From Lama guanicoe (taxonomy: Eukaryota), in the NCBI GenBank assembly GCA_013239625.1, contig MU054212.1:8331084-8395083 (forward strand): a stretch of DNA of 64,000 nt. The letters run 5' to 3'. Each line of letters opens with the position of its first letter. Position 1 is the stretch's first letter. The notes beneath the pieces are model-generated. The model worked only from the letters and a program-made list of their open reading frames with translations. It was not told where the DNA came from and searched no databases. Below are positions 11,980 through 27,102 of the stretch, piece after piece. The position numbers and the translations under genes are program-made.

Positions 11980-13978
11980 GGACACTGACTTGTTTCCTCT
12001 CAGCCACAAAGAGAAAAAGACCCAAACAAAAGTCCCTACATATTCTTGCATAACTTAAAATACATTATATCATTACTACATATTTATACTTCAATAAATC
12101 TTAATCTATAAAGCACATTTCTTATAATTGTTATCAGAAAATCTATAAACAAGCTCCATCCTGCCTCACTTCTCCACCAGCTGGCCTTGCATTTATTACT
12201 ATGCTTTTTAACAGGCTCATGCAAATCTCACCTTCCATTTTTCAACTGGATCCAAGCACCAGATGTAACCAAAATCTCTGGAACCATGAAATAATTTTAT
12301 TCACATGGGTCATTTTCTACACAGTTATGCCCATTATAAAAAAGCCTTTTCTCATATTCTGTATTTTAACTTCCAGAGTTTTCCACTAAACAGAACCACA
12401 GTACTTGGGATTCTCAGCCAAGAAGTACATAATCCTACTACTACAATGTATTACTTTTATACATTTTTTAAAAATGTGTTAAGACAAAATTTTTTTAAAA
12501 GTTCCACCAATTCTGATAGTTAATAATAAACTAGTTGTTAATAACCTAGTTTTTTTTTAATAGAACAATCCATTCAACTTAACATATAAGTACAACCTCA
12601 ATGCTACTAGAGATTAGTTTTTTTAAAAGACCCACAAACCTCCAAACTGGGATAGAGTTATCTTGGACTCACCTCTGAAGATTGCTGGAGAGCTGGCTAG
12701 CTCTTTGAGCTGAGTCTTCCTTCCCCCAAATATAACACACTGGTAAGAGAACTATGGCTCTAGGAATCTCAGAGGTGACCTCCCCAAGGCCTGCGCAGAC
12801 GGTGGGGGGTGGGGGGAGAGGCTAACTCACATGAAACAGCTTTGTACCAAACGCCTAATGATTTACAGTGGAAGAAATGCCTACCTGATTACGGTAGGGT
12901 TACAGTACCTAGCACAGTGCCTTGTCGGTAGAAAATGTCTAATAATAAATGCATGGCTGCTTTGTTAGCCTGGTGTTCAACCCTTCTGTACCAAAGGAAT
13001 AAACCAGCAAACCTGATACTGTTGCCCACACGTCAGGGATTTTTCTGTCCTTGACAAAAATGAAGGAAAAATAATAATGACTTAGATCTTCAATTCTCTT
13101 TTGTTTTCAAAAAGCCAAGACAAACCATTACTCTTGTTCACATTTGCCCCTCAACACCGCCATTCAAAATTCTTCCCTAGTATTACAATTTTTACCTTCA
13201 GAGCTTTACAACTATTTATTCTTTAGACTGTCCACTTTCTAATGACACATGAGAGAAAACTATTTTCATTAGTGGGATCCTTCCAAATTACAGGTAAGAT
13301 GAGCTATTTCTCAGTTTTGCTGCAAGCCCATTACACCCAGATAAATTCCTGCTATACTTCAATTCTTGGATCAAAGTATTTGTCTATCTTCCCCAATCTA
13401 GGTGTCCCATTCACTTTTGGCTGTTTTATCACCATCACTTCTTAGATATCTGAGTTTTAAGGCTCATTTCACTTTGAGGTTTTTGGTCATCCTTTATCTT
13501 CTATTTTCTGACATGCATATTCAAATTAGGTAGAAGGAAATGAGGGTAAATTTGGAAAATAATGGTCTCAAGTTTTCAGATTTTATAATTCCTATGGTGC
13601 TTTCTAATGTAGAAGGGAATGTATCCTTGCAAAAGAACATTTCAATGATCAACAGATAAATAACGTATCTGTCTAAGAAGGAAGCTTTTGAGAAAGGGAC
13701 AAAGAATCAGGTAGTTCATCAATTGTAAAAATAATAATATAAACATCACATGGAAGAGTTAGGCATTAACACCTGAATTAAGTTTAAAATTTCAGTTTTT
13801 AGGCAGGTATGACACCATTTCTTTCAAGATAAAATAATATAGTGGGTGAAGATTTTCTACATTTCCCAGTGGATCTTCTAACAGTCTACAGGGAAACTAT
13901 TATGTATCATTTCATGTTTTTAATTTTGTCTTCATTTCAGAAGAAAAAGACCTGAGTGCTGATTTTTTTTTTAATTTC

Positions 13979-17417
<3,439 letters not shown>

Positions 17418-17619
17418 CCTGATTTGTAATACTTTAAGAAAAGACAATCAAGGTAGGACACAGGCCTTAGGGAAATACCCCGCTTTCTTCACTGGCACTC
17501 TGAAGCACAAGAAATAAAAAATATGTAAATGAGGAAATATCCTAAGAATTTGTACATATACTGATAAAGGAAATACAAATGTATTATTTCACTGGATTAA
17601 AAATTCCAATCAATAACAC

Positions 17620-17910
17620 CACAAGTTGGCAAACTACAGCTCATGACCAAATCTGGCCTGCAGCCCATTTTTGCACAATGCTTGTACTAAGAACAGTTTT
17701 CACATTTTTCACGTGACTGAAAAAAATTAAAAGAACACTTCATGTGAAAAGATATAAAATTAAAGTGTCTGTCTCCATAAATAATTCTATGTATTTGTTC
17801 ACTGTCCATGCTACAATAGCAGAGCTGAGTAGCTGCAATAGACACCATATAGCATGAAAAACCTAGTATTTACTATCTGGCCCTTTCAAGGAAAAGTTTG
17901 CCAATCTATG
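17620..17910. mobile_element. MER58B-like hAT MITE in ZNF24 intron 1
   Basis: gttggcaaactacagc...aaatctggcctgcagcc...tatttactatctggcccttt...aaaagtttgccaa. Confidence 0.75.
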
Positions 17911-18599
17911 ATGTACAAAACCCATTTCAACAAAAAGAATTCAAGAAGAAACAGCCCACCTCAGCGTTATCTAAACTCACCTGACCCTGAAACACATTTA
18001 TCTGCAATTTTGTACTGGTGTTCCCTGACACAGGTCACCTCATAAGCACGGATTGCATTATTACCTGCTTAAAAAAACTTTTTTTGGCAAATTTTTTTAA
18101 GGGCTAAGAAATATTTTTAAAATGTTTAAGAACTCCTGGACTTAAAATATATGTGAAAAAATACTTGCTCAGTAACAGATACGTAATGTTGAAAAAAAGC
18201 ACAAGATGCCATAAATTTTTAAGTATTATTCACCCACCATAAATACCTTTAAATTTGTAATGACAGGCATTAATTACAGCAAATTCTATGAAAGGACACT
18301 CTCATAAACTTATCTTCCTGCAGTGGCACAGACTCTCATCCTTACACTGGATGACTCACAGTTTCCCCAGCTTCTACCTTCAGAGAAACCTTGGGCTATT
18401 TCTGTTCTTTTTAGTATCTGCATAGTCATGCCCATGCCATTGTTTACAACACCTATTAGGAATGAGCAATGCAGCTACTCAACGTATCTATTCAGGGCCC
18501 GGGATCTGAAAACCAAAAATTTCCAAAAACTTTCTGTAACCCTATCAAGACTGGGAATCAGAAAAGACCTTACGAGGTAATAAAAACACAGGTTTAATT

Positions 18600-19640
18600 A
18601 ACAACTTTGAAGCGTGGCGGCCTTATAAACAAGGGTTGGCCAACAGATCGGTATGTTCCTATTCCACGACCCTACCTTATCGACGGCTCAAGCATTCTAC
18701 GAAAGAAATTTCTCTTTTACGTGAGGAGGTGCGGGGAGGGCAGGCCCCACAGTGTTTGGGCGGGGAGCCTTGTTCCAGGTGACCTGACCACTCCCTCCAG
18801 CAGAGTGCTGCTGCGAACTCTGACCCCAGCCAACGACCGCAGCCCCTCTTCCCCGCACTTGCGGCGGCGGCGACAGCGGCTCTCGGAAGACCCAGGCCAC
18901 CCTGCAGCAACAGCGTCGGAGTCACGGCACTTCCGCCCACGGCGGGGGGAACTACAAGTCCCGACGGCCCCCGCGCAAACCCGCCCCCTCCCACCTCCGC
19001 CCGAAAAGAATCCCAGAACCCTCCGCGAGATGCCAGGGCCTCGAAATAGAACAAAACGGGCCGATGGGGGAGGGGGAAGGCAGGGGTCGCGGAGGACACA
19101 GGGGACAGAGAACTCTCCGAAGCTGCTGAAAGCCCAATCTGGCTTTCCGTCAACCCCTCCCCATTCCCCAACTGCTGGGCGCGGAGACCGCGGCCTGTCC
19201 CTCACGCCTCCCGGGAAGCCGAAGAAGGTCCCCGCCAGGCTTCTTCGCTGACTCTTGCCAAGCGGTCCGCAGCCCCTAGCCCAGCGCACCCCTCACGCCC
19301 TCCCCCCACTCTCGCGCAAACCTCGGGCTCGGGAACCGCAGCCGCTGAGCTGTCCACGGCAGACGCAGAAACGCCGCTCACAAGCCGTTTCCCACAAGCC
19401 TCCGGCGCGGACTGCTTCCGGTCTGCGGGCCCCAGGAGGCGGGGGGGAGGAGAAGCCCCGCGTTGCCATGGAGATGCGCTCCGGGCGGGGGGAAGGGCTG
19501 TCCAACGACAATGGCTGCTTTGAGGCTACTCTTGGCCTAGCGCCTCTCTCCCCCGACAGCTCGGCCTTCTGTGTTCCGCTTAAAAGACAAGGAAAAGAAA
19601 GAGAGAATTCTGCCACTAAGATAGTCTTCACGGTTTCGTT
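18600..19640. promoter_or_regulatory. CpG island / ZNF24 promoter
   Basis: Sharp rise in GC and CpG content. ETS site CCGGAAG (minus strand, within 19412-19423), RFX X-box GTTGCCATGGAGAT at 19462-19475, ZNF143-type ACTACAAGTCCC at 18951-18962. Confidence 0.9.
19297..19420 (-). other. ZNF24: Putative ZNF24 non-coding exon 1 (boundaries uncertain)
   Basis: Lies directly downstream of the ETS/X-box module in the CpG island. Candidate donors are GGC|GTGAGG at 19296 and 19205; I cannot tell which is used. Confidence 0.5.
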
Positions 19641-19649
19641 AGTCTTTCA

Positions 19650-20515
19650 CATGCATTATCTCATGTGATCCTCACAGTAATCCTCTGGAAGAAGTAATAA
19701 AAGCTAGTATTTATGAATGCAAACTATATTGTACCAGGCACCGTCACCGTTCTTTACATGTATTGTAATTTAATTTTCACAGCGACTTTACAATGGCGAG
19801 AACATTTATTATCCCCACTTCACAGCTGAGATAATTGAGGCACAAATAAATAGCTTGCCAAGAATTCATAACTAGTAAGTGGGAAGCAAGATTTGAAACC
19901 AAGGCATGACTCTAACCTTTGGCTCCCACTGGCTATGCTACAGAGCTTTATTACGACTAATTTATTTGTCAGAGAAACAAGATGAGACTCAAACCAAGAG
20001 CTTTGGCAGTGATCTCACAGTGAATTTGCAGAATGCATGGTCATCTTCTGACTTCAGGCTTGACATTTTGTACTACAAAACAGCTGCCAAAGTGATCATT
20101 TAAAAACATATATCAGATCACTTCATTCCTGTATTTAAAGGCCTTCAGTGGATCCCTACTGCCTTAATTATGACATAAAAACTACTTACATGGGCCTGCA
20201 AGGCCCCCGGTGGTCTGTTCCCTGCCTCCAACCCACCCCCATTCCCCAGCTCTTAGGTTCATTGTGGCCCAGGGTCTTGCGCCTCCCTGACTGCCTTTTC
20301 TCCTGGAAGCCACCCCAGTCTCATAGCACTGGTAGCAGTCATCTCATTTATTCATTTCTCTGGTTTTTGTTTTGATTTGGTTTTGTCACTAAGTCCCGTA
20401 AGGGCAGGGACCTTACCTGTCTTGTTCACCACGGTATTCCCACCTAGTCCCAAGATGCTGACTGCCTGGTACATAGAGAACTCAATAAACATTTGTTGAA
20501 TAAATGAATGAAGTG
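19650..20515. mobile_element. MIR (about 19650-19940, minus) followed by LINE-2 3' end (about 20060-20515, plus)
   Basis: ttatccccacttcacagctgagataattgaggcaca...gatttgaaaccaaggc; tgcctggtacatagagaactcaataaacatttgttgaataaatgaatgaa. Confidence 0.7.
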
Positions 20516-21174
20516 TGGGCTAGTCACATTGCTGCCTTTGCTAGGTCACATTTCAGGCATCAGAAGCCACACAAAAGAGCCCTGTTATTTAAAGTCTATG
20601 TTAGAAGTGCAGGAAGAGCCTTCCAGAAGCATTCCAAGATTCTCAGGCTTCAGCTTTCTGCCTCTTTCAGGAAAGTACCCTTTGCAAATTGCCCTCAGTC
20701 TCTCCTGGATTCATGAATGAGAAAGTGAGTGAGTTAGCCCCTGATGGTATAGCTCTACTTTACTCTGTGACCACAACGTCGTCTCCCCAGAACCCCTGCT
20801 ACTTCGGATGCCTCTTCTCTCTTTCTTCATTTAGGAGGTTTCAGAAATTCAGCCTTTCTTCTCTCCTACTTGGCTACTGCCACCAACCTACTTGGCTCCT
20901 CTTTCTAACCTTTCCCTATTTTGTGACACTAAAGGCTACCTCAAGGCATTTTGTTTCGTTTTGTTTTGCTTTAAGAGGTATTTTTTTTGAAAAAATCTAA
21001 TTAATATTGGAAAACAAAAAAGGTACACATCAAACAGAAATACTTGGGGTGGTTAAAAATGTTGCAAAATTTTACAAAACTCTTTGCCTGGGATTTATTC
21101 TATCATTCCTAATTCTGAGAGAATAAGTAGAAACCACAGTGAGATGTTCCTCTCTAATTTACTCTTTTGAGGGC

Positions 21175-21887
21175 AGGGACTGCCAATGCCATTTTGAAAC
21201 ACCACTCTTCTGAGCCCCACTATGTGAGGGCTTTCCTAAATGGCAGCCCCTGTTGCCATCTTGAAGATCTAGTCAAGACAGTGCATCATGTTCCTCTGGG
21301 CAACCTGAGTGTAGTTAAGCTCCATGCCAGTGCCTGATGACCTTGCACATACCTACATAGATCGCAGAGATGAGGCTTGAGTTGGTGCTGCTCTGAGTCT
21401 TGGCAGAACACCTTGTGATCCTCCTGGAATATGGAAGCATGAGAGGTTCCTGAGCTGCTGCTCCAAGGCCATTTGCTACTCAGCTCCCTGTCTTCCAAGG
21501 AGGCTGTCATGGAAGCGTTTCTCATGGCTTCCCCGTTCGTGATGAGGCTTTCAGCCTCATTCACCTAGTGTACAGCTGCAGACTATATAAAGGCTTAGAC
21601 GCATCATAGCATTAGCCCTCAGCAACAAGGAGTTCCACAGCTCACGTTGCAGTCACCTGGCTCTTTTCGTTTTGATGTCATCCTTTTGGTGTGTGAGACA
21701 AAGCTCATGGGGAGCTGGCACCTTTGGCTACTCTTGCATTAACTGTCTATGTAAGTCATAATCTCGCTAAACCTACAAAGGGCTCATCCTTTCTTTACCA
21801 GCCAAATCTTTTAACGTTGCTTTGAAAGCATTACATCCATTAATTAATGGTAAAAATAAAAATAAGCAAACAAAGTTAAAAAAAAAA
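21175..21887 (+). pseudogene. Possible decayed processed pseudogene fragment, parent not recognised
   Basis: A GC-richer, coding-like stretch with broken frames, then a UTR-like part, AATAAA at about 21855 and an A-rich tail to 21887. It does not resemble a repeat I recognise. Confidence 0.35.
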
Positions 21888-22589
21888 CCCTCAAAACAGA
21901 TGGATGCTATCTGGGTTCCAGAGAACTAGAGATGATTAAAATAAAGTCATGATTCCTTCTTTTAACATAACCGTCTTATTTAGGACGTAGACGAGAAAAC
22001 AAATATTTAGAAAAGAGTTTAAGAATACCAGAAGGGGCATCTAAATGAATTATTATGCTGAGGGGGAAGGGAGGCACTCTGAGATGGCAGAAGTAAGAAA
22101 AGTTCTCACACTGGAATGAAAACACAGACTTTCATACTTGTTGTTGTCATATTTCATTCAAAAACAATCTTTTTTAGAATTTTCTCTGACAATTATTTTG
22201 GAGCTCTCATTCCTTCCCCTTAGCTCAGAAATCTCTCCCTCTGAGCACTTAAAATATACTGGTAGGATTTCCACTTTTAAGAAAAAAGGCAAAATGCAAA
22301 GATAGCGTTCAGCATTTGTTTTTTGGCAAGCCATTCCGGAGGCAGCACGCGGCCCAAGCAGCAAGAAGGGCACCGCCAAACGCCTTCCCCGGGAACTAAG
22401 CATCTCAGCATCACGCTGCCATAGCTTCCAGCTGTGTCTAAGGTAATTGCTTCTTTGCTTTACGCCATTTGGGCTTACAAGTTTCTGTAGAACATTCCAC
22501 TTTCAGTCAGAGGGAGAAACCTGTACTAATGTAGGTCTTCTGTAAAAGTGAAGTGGTGTAAAGTGAACTTGGGACGAGTGGAGGATACC

Positions 22590-23505
22590 TATACTGGAAT
22601 TTCATTGCTTTTTAAGGCTGAATAAGGTTTCGCTGTATGTACATACCATATTTTTGCTGATCCATTGATTTACTGATGGAAACTTGGGTTGCTCCCACCT
22701 TTTGGCTATTGTGAATAATTCTGCTGTGAACACGGGTGTACAAGTGTCTGTTTGGGTCCATGCTTTCAACTTTTGGGTAAACACCAGGAGTGGAATTGCC
22801 ATGGTAATTCTCTGTTTAGCTTTTTGAGGAACCACCGAACTGTTTTCCAGTTTCTGCAACATTTTACATTCCCATCAGCAATGCACAAGGGTTGCAATGT
22901 CTCCACATCCTTGCCACCTGTTATTTTTGTATTTTTAATCAGCCATCATGATGGATATGAGGTGGTATCTCACTGAGATTTTGATTTGCATTTCCCAAAT
23001 GATTAGTGATATTGAACATCTTTTCCTATACTTATTGGCTATTTATGTATCTTCTTTGGAGAAAGATGTGTCTATTCATGTCTTTTGCTCATTTTTAAAA
23101 ATGGGTTGTTTCATTCTTTTTTAATTGAAGTATAGCTGATTTACACTGTTTCAGGTGGACAGCAAAGTGACTCAGGTATAAATATACACACATATATATA
23201 CTCTTTTTCAGATTCTTTTCCATTAGGTTATTATAAGAGATTAAATATCTGAGCTATATAATAGGTCCTTTTAATCCCAAATTCCTAATTTATCCCCCTC
23301 TTCCCCTTTGGTAATCATAAATTTGTTTTCTATATCAGGAAGTCTATTTGTTTTGTAAATAAATTCATTTGTATCATTTTTTAAGATTCCACATGTAAGT
23401 GATATCATATATTTGTCTTTCTCTGGCTGACTTATTTCACTTAGTATGATAATCTCTTGGGTTTTTTTTTTAATAAATGATTTGCAAATACTTTCATTCC
23501 ACAAG
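22590..23505 (-). mobile_element. L1 3' fragment with a younger L1 3' end (about 23118-23460) inserted
   Basis: ORF 22602..22862 resembles the L1 ORF2 C-terminus (CTPVFTAELFTIAKRWEQPK); the insert begins ttttttaattgaagtatagctgatttaca. Confidence 0.8.
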
Positions 23506-26500
23506 TATTTGAGTGCCTATTATGCGCCATGTACTGTGCCAGATGCCTGAGAAACGCCAGTGAAGGAAGCAGCTCATGCTCTCAAGAAACACAAAATCGT
23601 GACGGCAACACAGAAGCAGATTTACTGGGGTTAAAAAGTAATCACATTACTTCTCAAATGTGCAAAGGAAAATGGAGCTTACTTTTTTATAACTGATGTT
23701 TTTCTTTGAATCCTCGCCCCATTTTGTGGGGCATGGTGGTGGTGAAAGAACTGAATTAAATTATTCAGTCTGTTTTAAGTTCAACTGTCTATCATGGCTG
23801 TTTCTCCCTCTGCCCTTCTCTGCCATCTGGATGTCTGGGCAGGAAGTTTACACTCCCTGTGGGGAGGTGGTGCTGTGGATTGGGTCTCAGGCGGGCCTGC
23901 TGTCCTCCTGATCTTCTCTGGTTACTATTCTGGGCAGCTGGTCTGCTGTGGTGCTTGCTCAGCAAAACTGCAGCAGCAAGTGATCTGTTCTCTCAGCCAG
24001 GCAGGGGGCCAGTATCCCTTCCCTGATGACCTGCCTCCACCATCGTTCTAGCCACCTGTCTAAGATGTGGCTGAGACTCACAGTTCTGGGTCTGCGGGGT
24101 CCTGCAGCTCTTAGCTACAAGATATACAAAGTTACTCTACCCAATGATCCCAACTCTCTAGTTGGTTTAATCAGCTATTTTCCAAGGACCCATCAGGCTT
24201 GGGGAAATGGTTACACATGTTCTAAGTCACATGGTAGAGACTGTTTGCTAACACTGCATTGCTACTTTTACAATAGTCCAGTGTTGTCGCACAAAATGTC
24301 TGTTCAGCAATTGTTTTCCCAATGCACTCAATGACAAGTGAGTCATTTCTCCCCTTTCAAGTTCTCTTAACCCCCTCTATTTCTGCAGGGGTTCAGTGCA
24401 GAGATGAAAGGACACCTGTGTCTGACCTTCTGTCTCACCATTCTCAGGATTGGGAGGGCTTTTTCTTTTTATTTTCTTTTTATTTTTTTTTTTTTGCTAT
24501 CTTATGACTTTTTTCTTCTCAAAGTATCATTCAACCTCCTCTTCCTTGGGCTGTATTTGCAGTTTGATATTTTTAAAATATTTTATTTTATGTGATAAAT
24601 GTAATGCCAGGGTGATAGACTGTTATGGAATCAACAGGAGGGTGTTGTGGTGATCCCAACCTACGCTTTGGGTGTTATGGTAGGCTTCCTGGAAGAAGTG
24701 GCAGCTAAGCTAAAACCTGAAGAATACACAGGAGTTAGATAAAGTGTGGAAGCTGGAAAAGAGTTTAAAAGGAACATATACAAAGGCCCAGGGGCAGGAT
24801 TTCTAATTCAGAGTGACTTTGGCATACAGTATTAAAGAGGCAATAATGAGAGAATGCTGAAATGGTAAACTGTGGTCAGTCAGATCATGAAGAGCCTCAG
24901 AAGCCTCGTTTAGGAATTCTGACTTTACGTTAAAAGAATGGGAGGCTTATGTTTTAAACAAGGAAGGGGCATAATCAAATTTATGCTTTAGAATGTTCAC
25001 TGTGGTTGAAAGAGATGGATGCATATGAGGAAGGCACAACTGAGGGCCCTTTTGCTCCCCCCACTCAGGGGTTAGCCGTCATCTTGAATTTTCTAAGAAT
25101 ATACCAGAAAAGTATAGGGTTGCAGCATGGGTCATATTAGAAATAAATAAATGTTAAAGAAATGGATCCTGAAGGAAGGCAAACAATGCATAAAAGAGAC
25201 GGAGAAGGACTGATGGCAGCCAACATCCTTCAGAGGTGGGAAGGAATGATGAGGGACAGAAAGACCCCTCTTTCATTCTGATAGGGAGAGTAAAAGATGG
25301 GTGACATATAGGTAAGTTGACAAATTTGGTGGCATGAGATTATGGGTTCTTTTTTTTTTTTTTTTGGTATCGAAGGGGACAAAATGATAGCCATCTGCCC
25401 AAGAGGAAGGCGGCCAAGGAGTATGGCAAACACTGTTGGCTGACTCAGCAAGGCTCCCAATCCCCATCTGCCCTGCTTTCCCTCTCGAGGTTGAAAACAC
25501 TTGCTTTACCAGACACATTTGCAACAAGGAAACATAAACAGAATTTTGCTGGGGTTTCTCGGAAGGGTTTTACTTTTCCTTGTAAAGGAAATGACTATGG
25601 CTGGAGCCCCACTTCCTCTTTCTTCCTGACTTGACCTCAGAGGCCATTCCTGGAGCTGAGAAAATGAGAACGATGGAAAGGCCCAAAGAATTGCAGAGAC
25701 AGCAGCCAGACCAGTCATTGTTCAGCTGCTGACTGCCAGCCAGCAGCAATTCGCCCCCACTCCCCACCAATTTCTGGTTGCAGTCTTATTTGCTTGAGCC
25801 AAAACCGAAGGTAGATTTTGTATACAGAAGCATTCCTGATAGAGGAAGTTTTAAGGACAGTGACAAACATCTGATCTGGTCTCTGAAGAGAATAGGAGAG
25901 AGGAAAAGAGGGAACATAGGATTATAGATAATAAGGGCTCAGATGAAGTGAAATTCATTTAAAAAATATCTTATTTTGGAGTATTTACTATCTATGGTAA
26001 TTAATCAACTTAATGGGGGTGCTAATATGCTAATTTGTATCAAGGTTAACCCAAGTCATATTAATTCTCCAGTCAGATAAACCTACTTTTTAGAGACCCA
26101 TGTAAGCGCAGGAGAACTCAAAGTACACAGCAACACCCTTTAAAGATTCATCCTTCAAAGATGGTATGATTCACATCACCTTCTGGTGGAGAAGTTCAGA
26201 TTATTCACAATGAAAAGAATGTAATCTTGCAAAGTTTATGGTGGCACCAAGGGGAGACAGACACTTCCCACAGAATACTTGATTTAGATTCTGTCATTTT
26301 ATTCACATGGTACCAAAAACCTTTTTCCATGATTAAGCAGTAATTCACAATACACATATCTCTTGAGGCATTTGCTGCTTTAATAGATGGCTTGTTCCTC
26401 TCTTTAATTACAAAGAGAACGAGACCCAAATAACAAGAATGTCTACATTTTTAATAAATTGGAATATACAAAACCCAGTATATATTCATATTTGCTAGAG

Positions 26501-26904
26501 CTACAAAGTATAATCACTATCAGAAAATTCTAAAATTAAAATTTGTATTCACCTCTCCCCTTACTAATCTAATATTTAGCATAATTCTAACTAAGCAGAG
26601 CACATAATCCCTCATTTGTTTCTGGAGTTACTCCAAGCACTAGATATGGGTGGATTTTCTGATAATGAAATGTTTACACTTCTTGAGGAACTTAGTTCAC
26701 CATGAGCCCTCTTTTTCCTTCTTCTAAGGACCTTCACTTCTCATGGTTCCATATTGGGTAACTGAGGCACCGTGAGAGACACAATAATCCATGTATTGTT
26801 ATAATACATACAGAGGTTTATCAAGGATCCCTGGAGGAGGGGACATGATGTTATAGACTGTTAGAATAATTTTAAAAACATACCATCATTTACTGTTTAT
26901 TTAT

Positions 26905-27102
26905 TTTTTGCTTTTTTTGCGGGGCTGGAGGTAATTAGGTTTATTTCTGTCTATTTATTTATCTATTTTTAATTTTTATTTACTTAATTTTTGCAGGTAA
27001 TTAGATTTATTTATTTGGCTTTTCAATGGAGGTACTAGGGATTGAACCCAGGGCCTCATGCATGCTAAGTATGCGCTCTAGCACTTGAGCTATACCTTCC
27101 CC
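26905..27102 (-). mobile_element. tRNA-Ala-derived SINE, vic-1 (camelid) type
   Basis: Minus strand reads GGGGAAGGTATAGCTCAAGTGCTAGAGCGCATACTTAGCATGCATGAGGCCCTGGGTTCAATCCCTAGTACCTCCA (A and B boxes), followed by an A-rich tail with CTAATTACC repeated. Confidence 0.85.

Noticed and set aside
12528..12552. 3'UTR hairpin AAACTAG..GTT/AAC..CTAGTTT as a regulatory stem-loop
   Set aside because: It is short and AU-rich, and the loop does not fit the Roquin CDE or IRE consensus.
17418..17447. N-terminal extension [10 protein letters not shown] of ZNF24 in the ORF track
   Set aside because: It starts at TTG; the recognised protein starts at the ATG at 17417. The ORF's tail (16791-16997) is intron read-through.
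18607..19668. Long overlapping ORFs (112-214 aa) in the ZNF24 CpG island
   Set aside because: They are Pro/Arg/Gly-rich, occur on both strands and have no recognisable domain, as expected from stop-codon scarcity in GC-rich DNA.
22257..22526. Tigger-like DNA transposon
   Set aside because: One end looks like ...AAACCTG-TA, but I could not find the matching left terminal repeat, so I left it unassigned.
27028..27102. tRNA-Ala gene
   Set aside because: It is tRNA-like with A and B boxes, but it has stem mismatches, an A-rich SINE tail and a second decayed copy at 45.9 kb, so it is a SINE head.
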